64,000 nucleotides of DNA, taken from assembly GCA_964187785.1 (NCBI GenBank), contig OZ076409.1, positions 73,348,001 to 73,412,000 of the forward strand, given 5' to 3'. Source of the DNA: Amphiscolops sp. MND2022 (taxonomy: Eukaryota). Under the pieces are notes generated by a model. It was not told the DNA's origin. It ran no database searches and saw nothing but the letters and a program-made list of their open reading frames with translations. The position numbers were made by a program, and so were the translations under genes. Position 1 is the first letter of the stretch. Each line of letters opens with the position of its first letter. Positions 51,705 to 64,000 of this stretch are shown here, piece after piece.

Positions 51705-54700
51705 GTGGGGGGGATATATCTCCACTTTTTTTGCGACCGCGGGTAGGGTCCTGTCGGGAGCTTCTATTTACCAAGCTTACGGCGCTATATACTAGAGAAA
51801 ATTTTTCCGGCACCGAACTTTTTTTTGAACCATAGGATTTGTACCATTTTTTGCATGCGGCCCTAATTTGGGCATACAAGACGAAGTTCCTGCTGACGTT
51901 AAGCGATGGTTTCATTGTGTAACGAGATATAGCCACTTTTTAGTGCGATTTTTGAGGTATTTTTGAGAAAAATTTTACAAACAGCTCGAATGCAAAAAAT
52001 TGAAAAACTTGTGACAATCGACCTATCACTGGTTTAAACCTTCGATTCTTTGCCCTAGCAATGCACTAGACCCAAAAGATCTAAAACTTTTACATTTTCC
52101 AAAAATTTGACCAAATTGACTCGGGTTTCACTACTATATGTAACCAATGTGACAAAAACACCTCAGAAAAAAATTTTTATTTGCTTAAATTTAGAAACCT
52201 TGGTATCCATGGTTTCTGTCGGAAGCTACTCGCAGCCAAACACTCAACAGTTTGCATCCAATGTGAATTTAAATTTTTTTTCGAGGTCATAGGTGTTTCA
52301 CAAGGATTTCACAACTTAGTTTCATATTACAAATTGGTCATTTTCAACATCATATTTCCATCGAGGCATGTCGGATAGAGTCTTATTGCTTACGAACGGT
52401 CCTACTGGCAACGTGTTAACCATTTATAGAAATACAAAGTTATAAAAAAAATTTTTCACCCGTTCTTCCATCATTTTTCAGACATTCGGAACTTATCTTA
52501 GAAAAATTTCGTCTCAAAAACCCATTTTTTGTCAGGTCGAAAACTCAAATTCAGCTTTTTAAGCACAATTATTAACTCTGACGTAACCAGTGGGGCCCAT
52601 GATACTCAAAACAACGATTGGGGTTGGTACCATTGGCTCAAATAACATATGAGTTGCGATAAGACGTTATTTTTAGCCATACGTCTCAATTGAGGTAAAC
52701 ATCTCGCAAGCCAGGGATCTCTGTGAAATGTGATTTCATCAAAAAGTTACCCATTTTCGCCAATTACTATGTGCACAGAGTGCGTAGGGTGAGTTTCAGC
52801 ACTATAATGAGGTTTTTGAAGGATTCGGGTTGCTCAAAGGGTGGTATGAGACATTTTTTTCCCATATACTACTGTTTTTTCCAAAAATTTTAGCCCATTA
52901 TCTGGAAAAACTAACTTGACAAAATACTTTCAGTTACTCTATTCGAAGCTTAGAATATAGATGAACACTGTGGTTGATCAGAAACTATTAACTATTTTGT
53001 TTTTAGAAAAAAACTGCCTTGCATGTGTTACATTAGTGGCAGGAAAAATACCAGTAGCTCCAAAAATCAAAAATTTGGACGGACAGACTTCCAATGATGC
53101 AAAACAAAAACGTTTCAACAACTTCTGACGCCACTTTTTTTACCCAAGAGGTTCGAAAACACCATTAACAATGATGACATTCGCAATAAATAAGATCGAG
53201 GTCTATTTACTAACACTTAGGTTTTAAATTTTTTTCTCGGAAACCCATTATTGTCAGGTCGCAAATTCAAATTTGGTTTTGGAAGCAATACTTTTCACTC
53301 TGAAGCAAACCGTTGGGCCCAAAATACTCAACAACAACAAAAAGACTATCACCATATGCTCTAATAACATATGAGATGCGACTGTATGTTTTTAACACAA
53401 TAACTCTCATTCTGGAGTAAACATGTTGAAAGCCTTGAATCACCGTGAGAAGTGATTTCATCAAAAAATATTTCTTTTTCGTCAATCACTAAACACACAG
53501 AACCCGTTGTGTTAGTTTCAGTCGTGAAATGAGGTTCTACCGTAATATCGGTTGCTCAAGGTGTTGAATAAGGCAAAAACTTCCTCTTTTCTACTAACTT
53601 CTTCAAATATTTCAACCCTTTGTCACAAGAAGTTAATATTCAAAATCTCTTTGAAATGTATCTTTATGTTGGGGTGAAGTCTAAGAACAATAACTATGAT
53701 CGAAGAATGCTAGTACTGGTGTTTGAACCATGTCCGGATGAAAAAATCACAAAATCATCAAAAAATTGTTCCCTTTTTTGGTTATTTTGGCAGTACTAAA
53801 AATGTTAGCTGATGAATAATTTTTTCGAAGGCACCATTGGATTCCGCTCAAAAAGTTGATTCTAAGACATGTGTAATAACCCCGTATCTTTTCAATTTAA
53901 ATGAATTTAAAAAGCTAACTTTTTTGACGAAAATCCTAAAAATCATACCATTTCCTAAAAAATTTCAAATGCACTCCATTTGACGTATAAGAATAGCACA
54001 GAAAACTATCATATACCGATCAACTCTACTCCCATTGTAGACTATTAGAATTTTGTTTTGATTGAATTTTGAAGAATATTAAAAAATTTTGAACCCTCCA
54101 AAAATGGACCAAAATTACACGAAAAAATTGACCTTAAAATTTTAAAATGTCAAAAAATCATCAAAACCACAGCTTCTTGGGGTTCTATCAACTCCACGTG
54201 GTCCACAGAGTACGCTAAAACAGGTTTTACCCGTTTTTGAGCAATATGTGAAAAAGCCGACATTTTTGGGAAAGAAAAACATACCATTTCCTAAAATATT
54301 TCAAATGCACGCCATTTGCCGTATGAGAATAGCACAGAAAACTATCACATACCGATCAACTCTACTTTCATTGTAGATGATTAGAAGTTAGTTTAAATGA
54401 AAATTAGACGGATAATAAAAAAATATAAATCCTCCAAACGTGGGCAAAAATTACACGAAAAAATTGTCCTTAAAATATTAAAATGTCGAAAAATCATCAA
54501 AACCACAGCTTCTTGGGGTTCTATCAACTCCACATGGTCCACAGAGTACGCTAAAACAGGTTTTACCCGTTTTTGAGCAATATGTGGAAAAGCCGACATT
54601 TTTGGGAAAGAAAAACATAACATTTCCTAAAAAAATTCACATGCACGCCATTTGGCGTATAAGAATAGCACAGAAAATTATCATATACCGATCAACTCTA

Positions 54701-56472
54701 CTCCTATTGTAGATTATTAGAACTTTGTTTTGAATGAATTTTGATGGATAATAAAAAATTTTGAACCCTCCGAAAATGGGCTAAAATTACACGAAAAAAT
54801 TGACCCTAAAATTTTAAAATGTCTAAAAATCATCAAAACCACAGCTTCTTGAGGTTCTATCAACTCCACATGGCCCACAGAGTATGCCAAACCAGGTTTT
54901 GCGCGTTTTTGAGCAAAATTTAGGAAAGCCGATTTTTTTGAGGAAGAAAAACATATCATTTCCTAAAAAACTTCAAATGCACGCCATTTGGCGTATAACA
55001 ATAGCACAGAAAACTATCACATACCAATCAACTCTACTCTTTTTGTAGATTACCAGAAGTTTGCTTAGAATAACTTTTGATGAATATTTATTAATTTTAA
55101 ACCCTCCTAATATGGGCCAAAATCACACGGAAAAATTGACCCTAAGTATTAAAATGTCAGATATTCATCAAAACCCCAGCTTCTTGGGGTTCTATCATTT
55201 CCATATGACTTTCAGAGTATACCAAACAAGTTATTAACATTGGGCGATAATTAAAAAGACCAATTTTATTCTGAAGAAAACCATAATATGTTCAATATAA
55301 GAGGTGAATCATTCCACATATATACCCTGTCTAATATTCTAAATTAGCAAAAAAATATATACTTGATGTTTTTTGAATGTGAGCTTCATAAAAGGTTGAG
55401 ATGTGATAATACGTAAATGGATTCCAAGTTTCATCGAAAAGTCAATGGAATACGTCCAATCAACTTCAATCTTAACAATTCGATAACATAAAACACTTAA
55501 GTACATTCCATCTCCCTATCGGGGAGATGAGAATGTACTTTTCAAAAACTAAAAACTTAGATCTTTCTATCTTTTGTAACACTTACTGTAACAGCTGAAA
55601 TGATGAAAGAATAATTATTCTTCTAATAACTTCAAGATTTTTTGCTTCACCTTTTATTTCTGCAGAACAAAACCATAAGACATACATATTTTTCGCAGTT
55701 AAGTTCGACTGTATTACCCAGTGAACAAAGGTATGACAGGAAGATTACAAGTTGTCTCAAAACTTTCCCGCCTTCCAAAATCATGAAACGTCTACACAAC
55801 CAAGATAGTGAAGGAATGAATGTGGAATGCATCATTTTAGTTAAAATAAATAACGTGTAGAACTTACCTTTATCTGAAGATGACGTTGATTTATGATCTT
55901 TAGAGGATAGTTCAATTTTTGACCATAATAGTGCGAAACTAATTATTATATGAATAATGGCGTGGAAAGCGTTCAGAAATTGCAGTATTTTCGATTCGAG
56001 CATGTATGCGTGGGTTCCTTTGGTGGCATTAGCTTAGTGTACATGATGGAAGTTTTCGATCTATTATGATAAAATTTACTCACAAGACTTTGTTTTTCCT
56101 ATTTTTTTATGCCATTAAGTACATTCATTCTATCCCCTTCTCTGGGAATGTACGTTTGCCAAATGACTGTCATCCAAATTTTGCATTCGCGAAGAGTTTA
56201 AATACATAAACACGTCTTTAGCGTTTCCAAATCACAACCGATTAACATTTTTTAAATTTTTTTTATGAAAATTGATAATTTGTTTTGATTTTGGTATCTT
56301 CTACTTTTATCATCCATCATAACAAGCACCTTACCATGTCTCTCGCTTGTCTTCATTTTACAACGCCACATAGCGTTCCTACTCCCACCGTCTGTGGGCA
56401 TGCCGAGGCATGCCCTTCGACGACGTATGCCAACTACTTTTTATATCTACACCCGATTGCGGTAGCGGCTAG
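51705..56472 (+). mobile_element. Long-class unit, 4768 bp (head H8, degenerate terminal hairpin)
   Basis: 4 x ~336-bp repeats; ends ...ctacacccgattgcggtagcggCTAG. Confidence 0.72.
53945..55285 (+). repeat. 4 x ~336-bp tandem repeat
   Basis: Anchor motif at 53995, 54331, 54667 and 55003. Confidence 0.88.
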
Positions 56473-59400
56473 GTGGGGGGGATATATCTCCACTTTTTTT
56501 GCGACCGCGGGTAGGGTCCTGTCGGGAGCTTCTATTTACCAAGCTTACGGCGCTATATACTAGAGAAAATTTTTCCGGCACCGAACTTTTTTTTGAACCA
56601 TAGGATTTGTACCATTTTTTGCATGCGGCCCTAATTTGGGCATACAAGACGAAGTTCCTGCTGACGTTAAGCGATGGTTTCATTGTGTAACGAGATATAG
56701 CCACTTGTTAGTGCGATTTTTGAGGTATTTTTGAGAAACTTTTTACAAACAGCTCGAATGCAAAAAATTGAAAAACTTGTGACAATCGACCTATCACTGG
56801 TTTAAACCTTCGATTCTTTGCCCTAGCAATGCACTAGACCCAAAAGATCTAAAACTTTTACATTTTCCAAAAATTTGACCAAATTGACTCGGGTTTCACT
56901 ACTATATGTAACCAATGTGACAAAAACACCTCAGAAAAAAATTTTTATTTGCTTAAATTTAGAAACCTTGGTATCCATGGTTTCTGTCGGAACCTACTCG
57001 CAGCCAAACACTCAACAGTTTGCATCCAATGTGAATTTAAATTTTTTTTCGAGGTCATAGGTGTTTCACAAGGATTTCACAACTTAGTTTCATATTACAA
57101 ATAGGTCATTTTCAACATCATATTTCCATCGAGGCATGTCGGATAGAGTCTTATTGCTTACGAACGGTCCTACTGGCAACGTGTTAACCATTTATAGAAA
57201 TACAAAGTTATAAAAAAATTTTTTCACCCGTTCTTCCATCATTTTTCAGACATTCGGAACTTATCTTAGAAAAATTTCGTTTCAAAAACCCATTTTTTGT
57301 CAGGTCGAAAACTCAAATTCAGCTTTTTAAGCACAATTATTAACTCTGACGTAACCAGTGGGGCCCATGATACTCAAAACAACGATTGGGGTTGGTACCA
57401 TTGGCTCAAATAACATATGAGTCGCGATAAGACGTTATTTTTAGCCATACGTCTCTATTGAGGTAAACATCTCGCAAGCCAGGGATCTCTGTGAAATGTG
57501 ATTTCATCGAAAAGTTACCCATTTTCGCCAATTACTATGTGCACAGAGTGCGTAGGGTGAGTTTCAGCACTATAATGAGGTTTTTGAAGGATTCGGGTTG
57601 CTCAAAGGGTGGTATGAGACATTTTTTTCCCATATACTACTGTATTTTCCAAAAATTTTAGCCCATTATCTGGAAAAACTAACTTGACAAAATACTTTCA
57701 GTTACTCTATTCGAAGCTTAGAAAATAGATGAACACTGTGGTTGATCAGAAACTATTAACTATTTTGTTTTTAGAAAAAAACTGCCTTGCATGTGTTACA
57801 TTAGTGGCAGGAAAAATACCAGTAGCTCCAAAAATCAAAAATTTGGACGGACAGACTTCCAATGATGCAAAACAAAAACGTTTCAACAACTTCTGACGCC
57901 ACTTTTTTTACCCAAGAGGTTCGAAAACACCATTAACAATGCTGATATTTGCAATAAATAAGATCGAGTTCTATTTACTAACACTTAGGTTTTAAATTTT
58001 TTTCTCGGAAACCCATTATTGTCAGGTCGCAAATTCAAATTTGGTTTTGAAAGCAATACTTTTCACTCTGAAGCAAACCGTTGGGCCCAAAATACTCAAC
58101 AACAACAAAACGACTATCACCATATGCTCTAATAACATATGAGATGCGACTGTATGTTTTTAACACAATAACTCTCATTCTGAAGTAAACATGTTGAAAG
58201 CCTTGAATCACCGTGAGAAGTGATTTCATCAAAAAATATTTCTTTTTCGTCAATCACTAAATACACAGAACCCGTTGTGTTAGTTTCAGTCGTGAAATGA
58301 GGTTCTACCGTAATGTCGGTTGCTCAAGGTGTTGTATAAGGCAAAAACTTCCTCTTTTCTACTAACTTCTTCAAATATTTCATCCCTTTGTCACACGAAG
58401 TTAATATTCAAAATCTCTTTGAATTGTTTCTTAAGGTTGTGGTGAATTGTTAGAACGATTACTATGATCGAAGAATGCTAGTATTGGTGTTTGGACCATG
58501 TCCGGATGAACAAATCGCAAAATCAAGAAAAAATTGTTTCCTTTTTTGGTTATTTTGGCAGTACTAAAAATGTTAGCTGATAAATAGTTTTTTCGAAGGC
58601 ACCATTGGATTCCGCTCAAAAAGTTGATTATAAGACATGTGTAATAACCCCGTATCTTTTCAATTTAAATAAATTTAAAAAGCAAACTTTTTTGACGAAA
58701 ATCCTAAAAATCATCCTAAAAATTTCAAATGCACTCCATTTGACGTATAAGAATAGCACAGAAAACTATCATATACCGATCAACTCTACTCCCATTGTAG
58801 ACTATTAGAATTTTGTTTTGATTGAATTTTGAAGAATATTAAAAAATTTTGAACCCTCCAAAAATGGACCAAAATTACACGAAAAAATTAACCTTAAAAT
58901 TTTAAAATGTCAAAAAATCATCAAAACCACAGCTTCTTGGGGTTCTATCAACTCCACGTGGTCCACCGAGTACGCTAAAACAGGTTTTACCCGTTTTTGA
59001 GCAATATGTGAAAAAGCCGACATTTTTGGGAAAGAAAAACATACCATTTCCTAAAAAAATTCACATGCACGCCATTTGGCGTATAAGAATAGCACAGAAA
59101 ACTATCATATACCGATCAACTCTACTCCTATTGTAGATTATTAGAACTTTGTTTTGAATGAATTTTGATGGATAATAAAAAATTTTGAACCCTCCGAAAA
59201 TGGGCTAAAATTACACGAAAAAATTGACCCTAAAATTCTAAAATGTCTAAAAATCATCAAAACCACAGCTTCTTGAGGTTCTATCAACTCCACATGGCCC
59301 ACAGAGTATGCCAAACCAGGTTTTGCGCGTTTTTGAGCAAAATTTAGGAAAGCCGATTTTTTTGAGGAAGAAAAACATATCATTTCCTAAAAACTTCAAA

Positions 59401-60898
59401 TGCACGCCATTTGGCGTATAACAATAGCACAGAAAACTATCACATACCAATCAACTCTACTCTTTTTGTAGATTACCAGAAATTTGCTTAGAATAACTTT
59501 TGATGAATATTTATAAATTTTAAACCCTCCTAATATGGGCCAAAATCACACGGAAAAATTGACCCTAAGTATTAAAATGTCAGATATTCATCAAAACCCC
59601 AGCTTCTTGGGGTTCTATCATTTCCATATGACTTTCAGAGTATACCAAACAAGTTATTAACATTGGGCGATAATTAAAAAGACCAATTTTATTCTGAAGA
59701 AAACCATAATATGTTCAATATAAGAAGTGAATCATTCCACATATATACCCTGTCTAATACTCTAAATTAGCAAAAAAAATATATACTTGATGTTTTTTGA
59801 ATGTGAGCTTCATAAAAGGTTGAGATGTGATAATACGTAAATGGATTCCAAGTTTCATCGAAAAGTCAATGGAATACGTCCAATCAACTTCAATCTTAAC
59901 AATTCGATAACAAAAAACACTTAAGTACATTCCATCTCCCTATCGGGGAGATGAGAATGTACTTTTCAAAAACTGAAAACTTAGATCTTTCTATCTTTTG
60001 TAACACTTACTGTAACAGCTGAAATGATGAAAGAATAATTATTCTTCTAATAACTTCAAGATTTTTTGCTTCACCTTTTATTTCTGCAGAACAAAACCAT
60101 AAGACATACATATTTTTCGCAGTTAAGTTCGACTGTATTACCCAGTGAACAAAGGTATGACAGGAAGATTACAAGTTGTCTCAAAACTTTCCCGCCTTCC
60201 AAAATCATGAAACGTCTACACAACCAAGATAGTAAAGGAATGAATGTGGAATGCATCATTTTAGTTAAAATAAATAACGTGTAGAACTTACCTTTATCTG
60301 AAGATGACGTTGATTTATGATCTTTAGAGGATAGTTCAATTTTTGACCATAATAGTGCGAAACTAATTATTATATGAATAATGGCGTGGAAAGCGTTCAG
60401 AAATTGCAGTATTTTCGATTCGAGCATGTATGCGTGGGTTCTTTTGGTGGCATTAGCTTAGTGTACATGATGGAAGTTTTCGATCTATTATGATAAAATT
60501 TACTCACAAGTCTTTGTTTTTCCTATTTTTTTATGCCATTAAGTACATTCATTCTATCCCCTTCTCTGGGAATGTACGTTTGCCAAATGACTGTCATCCA
60601 AATTTTGCATTCGCGAAGAGTTTTAATACATAAACACGTCTTTAGCGTTTCCAAATCACAACCGATTAACATTTTTTAAAATTTTTTTTTATGAAAATTG
60701 ATAATTTGTTTTGATTTTGGTATCTTCTACTTTTATCATCCATCATAACAAGCACCTTACCATGTCTCTCGCTTGTCTTCATTTTACAACGCCACATAGC
60801 GTTCCGACTCCCACCGTCTGTGGGCATGCCGAGGCATGCCCTTCGACGACGTATGCCAACTACTTTTTATATCTACACCCGATTGCGGTAGCGGCTAG
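56473..60898 (+). mobile_element. Long-class unit, 4426 bp (H8), lacking one ~336-bp repeat
   Basis: Close copy of the preceding unit with 3 rather than 4 internal repeats. Confidence 0.72.
58713..59705 (+). repeat. 3 x ~336-bp tandem repeat
   Basis: Anchor motif at 58755, 59091 and 59426. Confidence 0.88.
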
Positions 60899-62877
60899 GT
60901 GGGCGGGGGTAATTCCCCAACAAAAATTACGGCCGGCGGGTTGGGTCCTGCCGGACGTCAAATAGTGTGAAACATCCAGTAGAAAACGGGGGTAATTATC
61001 AGCGATTTTAAAATTTAACCGTTAGAATTCGGACTTGGATTGCATGCGGCCCCAAAATGCCCATACGAATCGAAGTTCCTGCTGACGTTAAGCGATAAAA
61101 ACACTTTATAAAAAGTTATGGCCCATTTTACGTTCACTTAGAGAGGTAAAATGAGGAAAATTTTAACAAAGTTGCTGATAACTCAAAATACATTAATTTT
61201 TGGACTTTGACTGTGAAACAAGCTTGGAACCTTCATTTCGTGGCTGTGGCATTGCACTGAACACAAAAGATGTAAAGTTTTCACATTTTTTGAAAATTCG
61301 ACATTTTTGATTTTTTTTCACTACTATCAGTACACTATATGTCAAAAACACCTCTGAAAAAATTTTTTATTTGCCTAAATTTAGAAACCTCGGTATCCAT
61401 GGTTTCCGTCAGTACCTACTCGCTGTCAAACGCTCAACAGTTTGCATCCAATGTGAAAATAATTTTTTTTGGAGGTCTTAGGTGTTTCACAAGGATTTCT
61501 CAACTTAGTATCAATTAACAAATTGGTCATTTTGAACACATTATTTTCATCGAAGCGTGTCATATACCGCCCTAATGCTCACGAACGGGCCTACTGGCAA
61601 CGTTGGAACCATTTGTAGTAATAGAAAGTTTAAAAAAAATTTTTCACCCGGTCTTCAGTCATTTTTCACACATTCGGAACTTAACTTAGAAAAATTTCAA
61701 CCAAAAAACCCATTTTTTGTCAAGTCAAAAATTCAAATTCAGCTTTTTAGGCAAAATTATTAAATCAGACATAACCAGTGGGGCCCACGAAACTCAAAAC
61801 CACGATTGACACTGGTATCAATGGCTCCAATAACATATGAGTCGCGATAAGACGTTATTTTGAGCAATACGTCTCAATTGAGATAAACATATCGCAAGCC
61901 AGGGATCACTGTGAAATGTGATTTCATCAAAATTTTACTCATTTTCGTCAATCACTATGTGCACAGAGTGCGTTGGGTGAATTCCAGCACTATAATGAGG
62001 TTTTTGAAGGCATCGAGTTGTTCAAGGGGTGGTATGAGACATTTTTTTCTTATATACTACTGTATTTTCCAAAACTTTTTGCCCATTATCTGGGAAAACT
62101 AACTTGACAAAAAACTTTCAATTATTTTATTCAAAGGTTACATTATAGAAGAACCCTCTGGTTGATCAGAAACTTTCATCTTTTTCGTTTTCCGAAATAA
62201 TTCCCTTCGCATGTGTTATATTTGTAACAGGAAAAAATCCAAAACTAAAAAATACGCAATTTTGCTGAGATAGAATTGCAATGGTTGCGCCTAAAATCTC
62301 TCTAAATACTTCTAACGCGACCTTACGGACCCAAAATGATTGAAAATGCCATTCACAATGCTGACATGTGCTTTTTCTACGATCCTGGCTGAACAAGTTT
62401 TGCATATTGTTCAAGTACCTGTTAACTGAATTTTGTGATAGCCTTTCAAGTTGGCCTTGTGTCAACTTGGGAAGGCTGTCACATCAAAAAACTGTCAACA
62501 AAAATACCATTGGTTTATAGGATATTGCTGTCGATGCCTAATTTCGTGATTCGATCATGTTGTATGTTCCTTCCATCAAGTCAGCTAACAATTTGATTCA
62601 GTGTTTGATAAGAACCTATGATTTTCATGACAATTTTCGTTTTTTTTTGCTAACAAAAAGTACAAATAAAGGATATAAAACATATTTGTAACCTTTAGGA
62701 AGTTTAACTTTACCTTTTTTAACCGTTACCATCACCACCCACCCCCTACGACCTCGCAGTGTCATCATTACAACGCCACATAGTGTTGCGACGTGCACAG
62801 TCTGTGGGCATGCCGAGGCATGCCCTTCGACGACGTATGCCGAATACCGCGGGCCTACGCCCGCGCTCCCCGGCTAG
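60899..62877 (+). mobile_element. Short-class unit, 1979 bp (H6, hybrid c/b tail)
   Basis: Near-identical to 49725-51704. Confidence 0.72.
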
Positions 62878-64000
62878 GTGGGCGGGGGTAATTCCCCAAC
62901 AAAAATTACGGCCGGCGGGTTGGGTCCTGCCGGACGTCAAATAGCAAAGAATATCTAGTAGGAAACGGCGACACAGAATCGCGATTTTTAAATCTAACCA
63001 CAATTTTTTGGACTTGGAGTGCATGCGGCCCTGAAATGCCCATACGAATCGAAGTTCCTGCTGACGTTAAGCGATTGAAATAATATATAAAAAGTTATGG
63101 CCCATTTTTGGGTCACCGAGAAGGGCAAAATGAGGAAAATTTTAACTAAGTCGCTGATAACTCAAAATGTGTTAATTTTTGGACATTGACTGTGAAACAA
63201 GCTTGGAACCTTCATTTCGTGGCTGTGGCATTGCACTGAACACAAAAGATGTAAAGTTTTTACATTTTTTGAAAATTCGACATTTTTGAATTTTTTTTCA
63301 CTAGTATCAGCACCCCATATGTCAAAAACGCCTCAGAAAAAAATTTTTATTTGCTTTAAATTGGAAACCTTGGTATCCATGGTTTCTGTCGGAACCTACT
63401 CGCAGCCAAACACCCAACAGTTTGCATCCAATGTGAAAAGAAAAATTTTTTCTGGGTCATAAGCGTTTCACAAGGATTTCTCAACTTAGTATTAATTTAC
63501 AAAATGGTCATTTTGAACACAAAATTTTCATCGAGGCTTGTCGGCTATAGGCTTAATGTTCTAGAACGGTCCCACTGGCAACGTAGGAACCATTTATAGT
63601 AATTCAAAGTTATAAAAAAATTTTTTCACCCGTTCTTCAGTCATTTTTCAGACATTCGGAACTTATCTTAGAAAAATTTCGTCTCAAACACCCGTTTTTT
63701 GACAGGTCGAAAAATCAAATTAGGATTTTTAAGCAAAATTATTATTTCTGACGTAACCCATGGGGCCCATGATACTCAAAACAACGATTGACACTGGTAT
63801 CAATGGCTCCAATAACATATGAGTCGCGATAAGACGTTATTTTGAGCAATACGTCTCAATTGAGGTAAACATCTCGCAAGCCTGGGATCACAGTGAAATG
63901 TAAATTCATCAAAAATTTACTCATTTTTGTCAATCACTATGTGCACAGAGTGCGTAGGGTGAGTTCCAGCACTATAATGAGGTTTTTGAAGGCATCGGGT
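62878..64000 (+). mobile_element. Partial unit (5' part, head H4)
   Basis: Head matches those at 16764, 35038 and 41773; truncated by the window end. Confidence 0.7.

Larger units (their letters stand above)
1..64000 (+). repeat. Head-to-tail tandem array of non-autonomous Helitron-like (rolling-circle-type) elements, 21 complete and 2 partial units
   Basis: 22 junctions with invariant GCTAG|GTGG; CTAG ends at 1239, 4037, 6025, 8015, 12764, 14773, 16763, 18760, 23522, 25511, 30273, 35037, 39799, 41772, 43762, 45745, 47737, 49724, 51704, 56472, 60898, 62877. All units are in the same orientation with no unique DNA between them. Confidence 0.9.

Noticed and set aside
1125..62877. CRISPR array or bacterial integron attC array
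   Set aside because: The intervening sequences are 2-4.8 kb, homologous to each other and non-coding. There are no cas or intI genes and no GTTRRRY/RYYYAAC architecture. The integron comparison is only an analogy.
518..63024. Short ORFs in the six-frame track (60-124 aa), many recurring
   Set aside because: They recur only because the DNA is repeated. They are frameshifted or stopped between copies, often use non-ATG starts, and show no recognisable domain (no Rep HUH, PIF1 helicase, RT or recombinase motifs).
1..64000. Pure assembly artefact or concatenated circles
   Set aside because: Copies carry many distinct substitutions and subfamily structure, so they are not collapsed duplicates. 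The unit order itself still needs long-read confirmation.

Overview
The window is AT-rich, apparently eukaryotic, non-coding DNA. It consists entirely of a head-to-tail array of related elements: 21 complete units and 2 partial ones, separated by 22 GC-rich junctions with the invariant core GCTAG|GTGG. Each unit ends like a Helitron (a GC-rich hairpin, usually 18 nt and with compensatory variants, 10-12 nt before a terminal CTAG). However, the next unit starts with GTGG rather than the canonical TC, and there is no host spacer or target duplication. Units fall into a short class (13 copies, 1973-2009 bp), a long class (6 copies of 4749-4768 bp plus one of 4426 bp) and one divergent 2798-bp unit. 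The same unit types recur with different neighbours, and heads, bodies and tails are shuffled, so this is a heterogeneous cassette-like array rather than a simple satellite. Every junction also carries an invariant GGCATGCC-GA-GGCATGCC element (19/20 match to the p53-family response element) and two covarying 5' hairpins. Internal tandem repeats of about 336 and about 503 bp share a ~168-bp base period. There is no credible protein-coding gene and no Rep/helicase, so the elements are non-autonomous. The mechanism is inferred, not shown.
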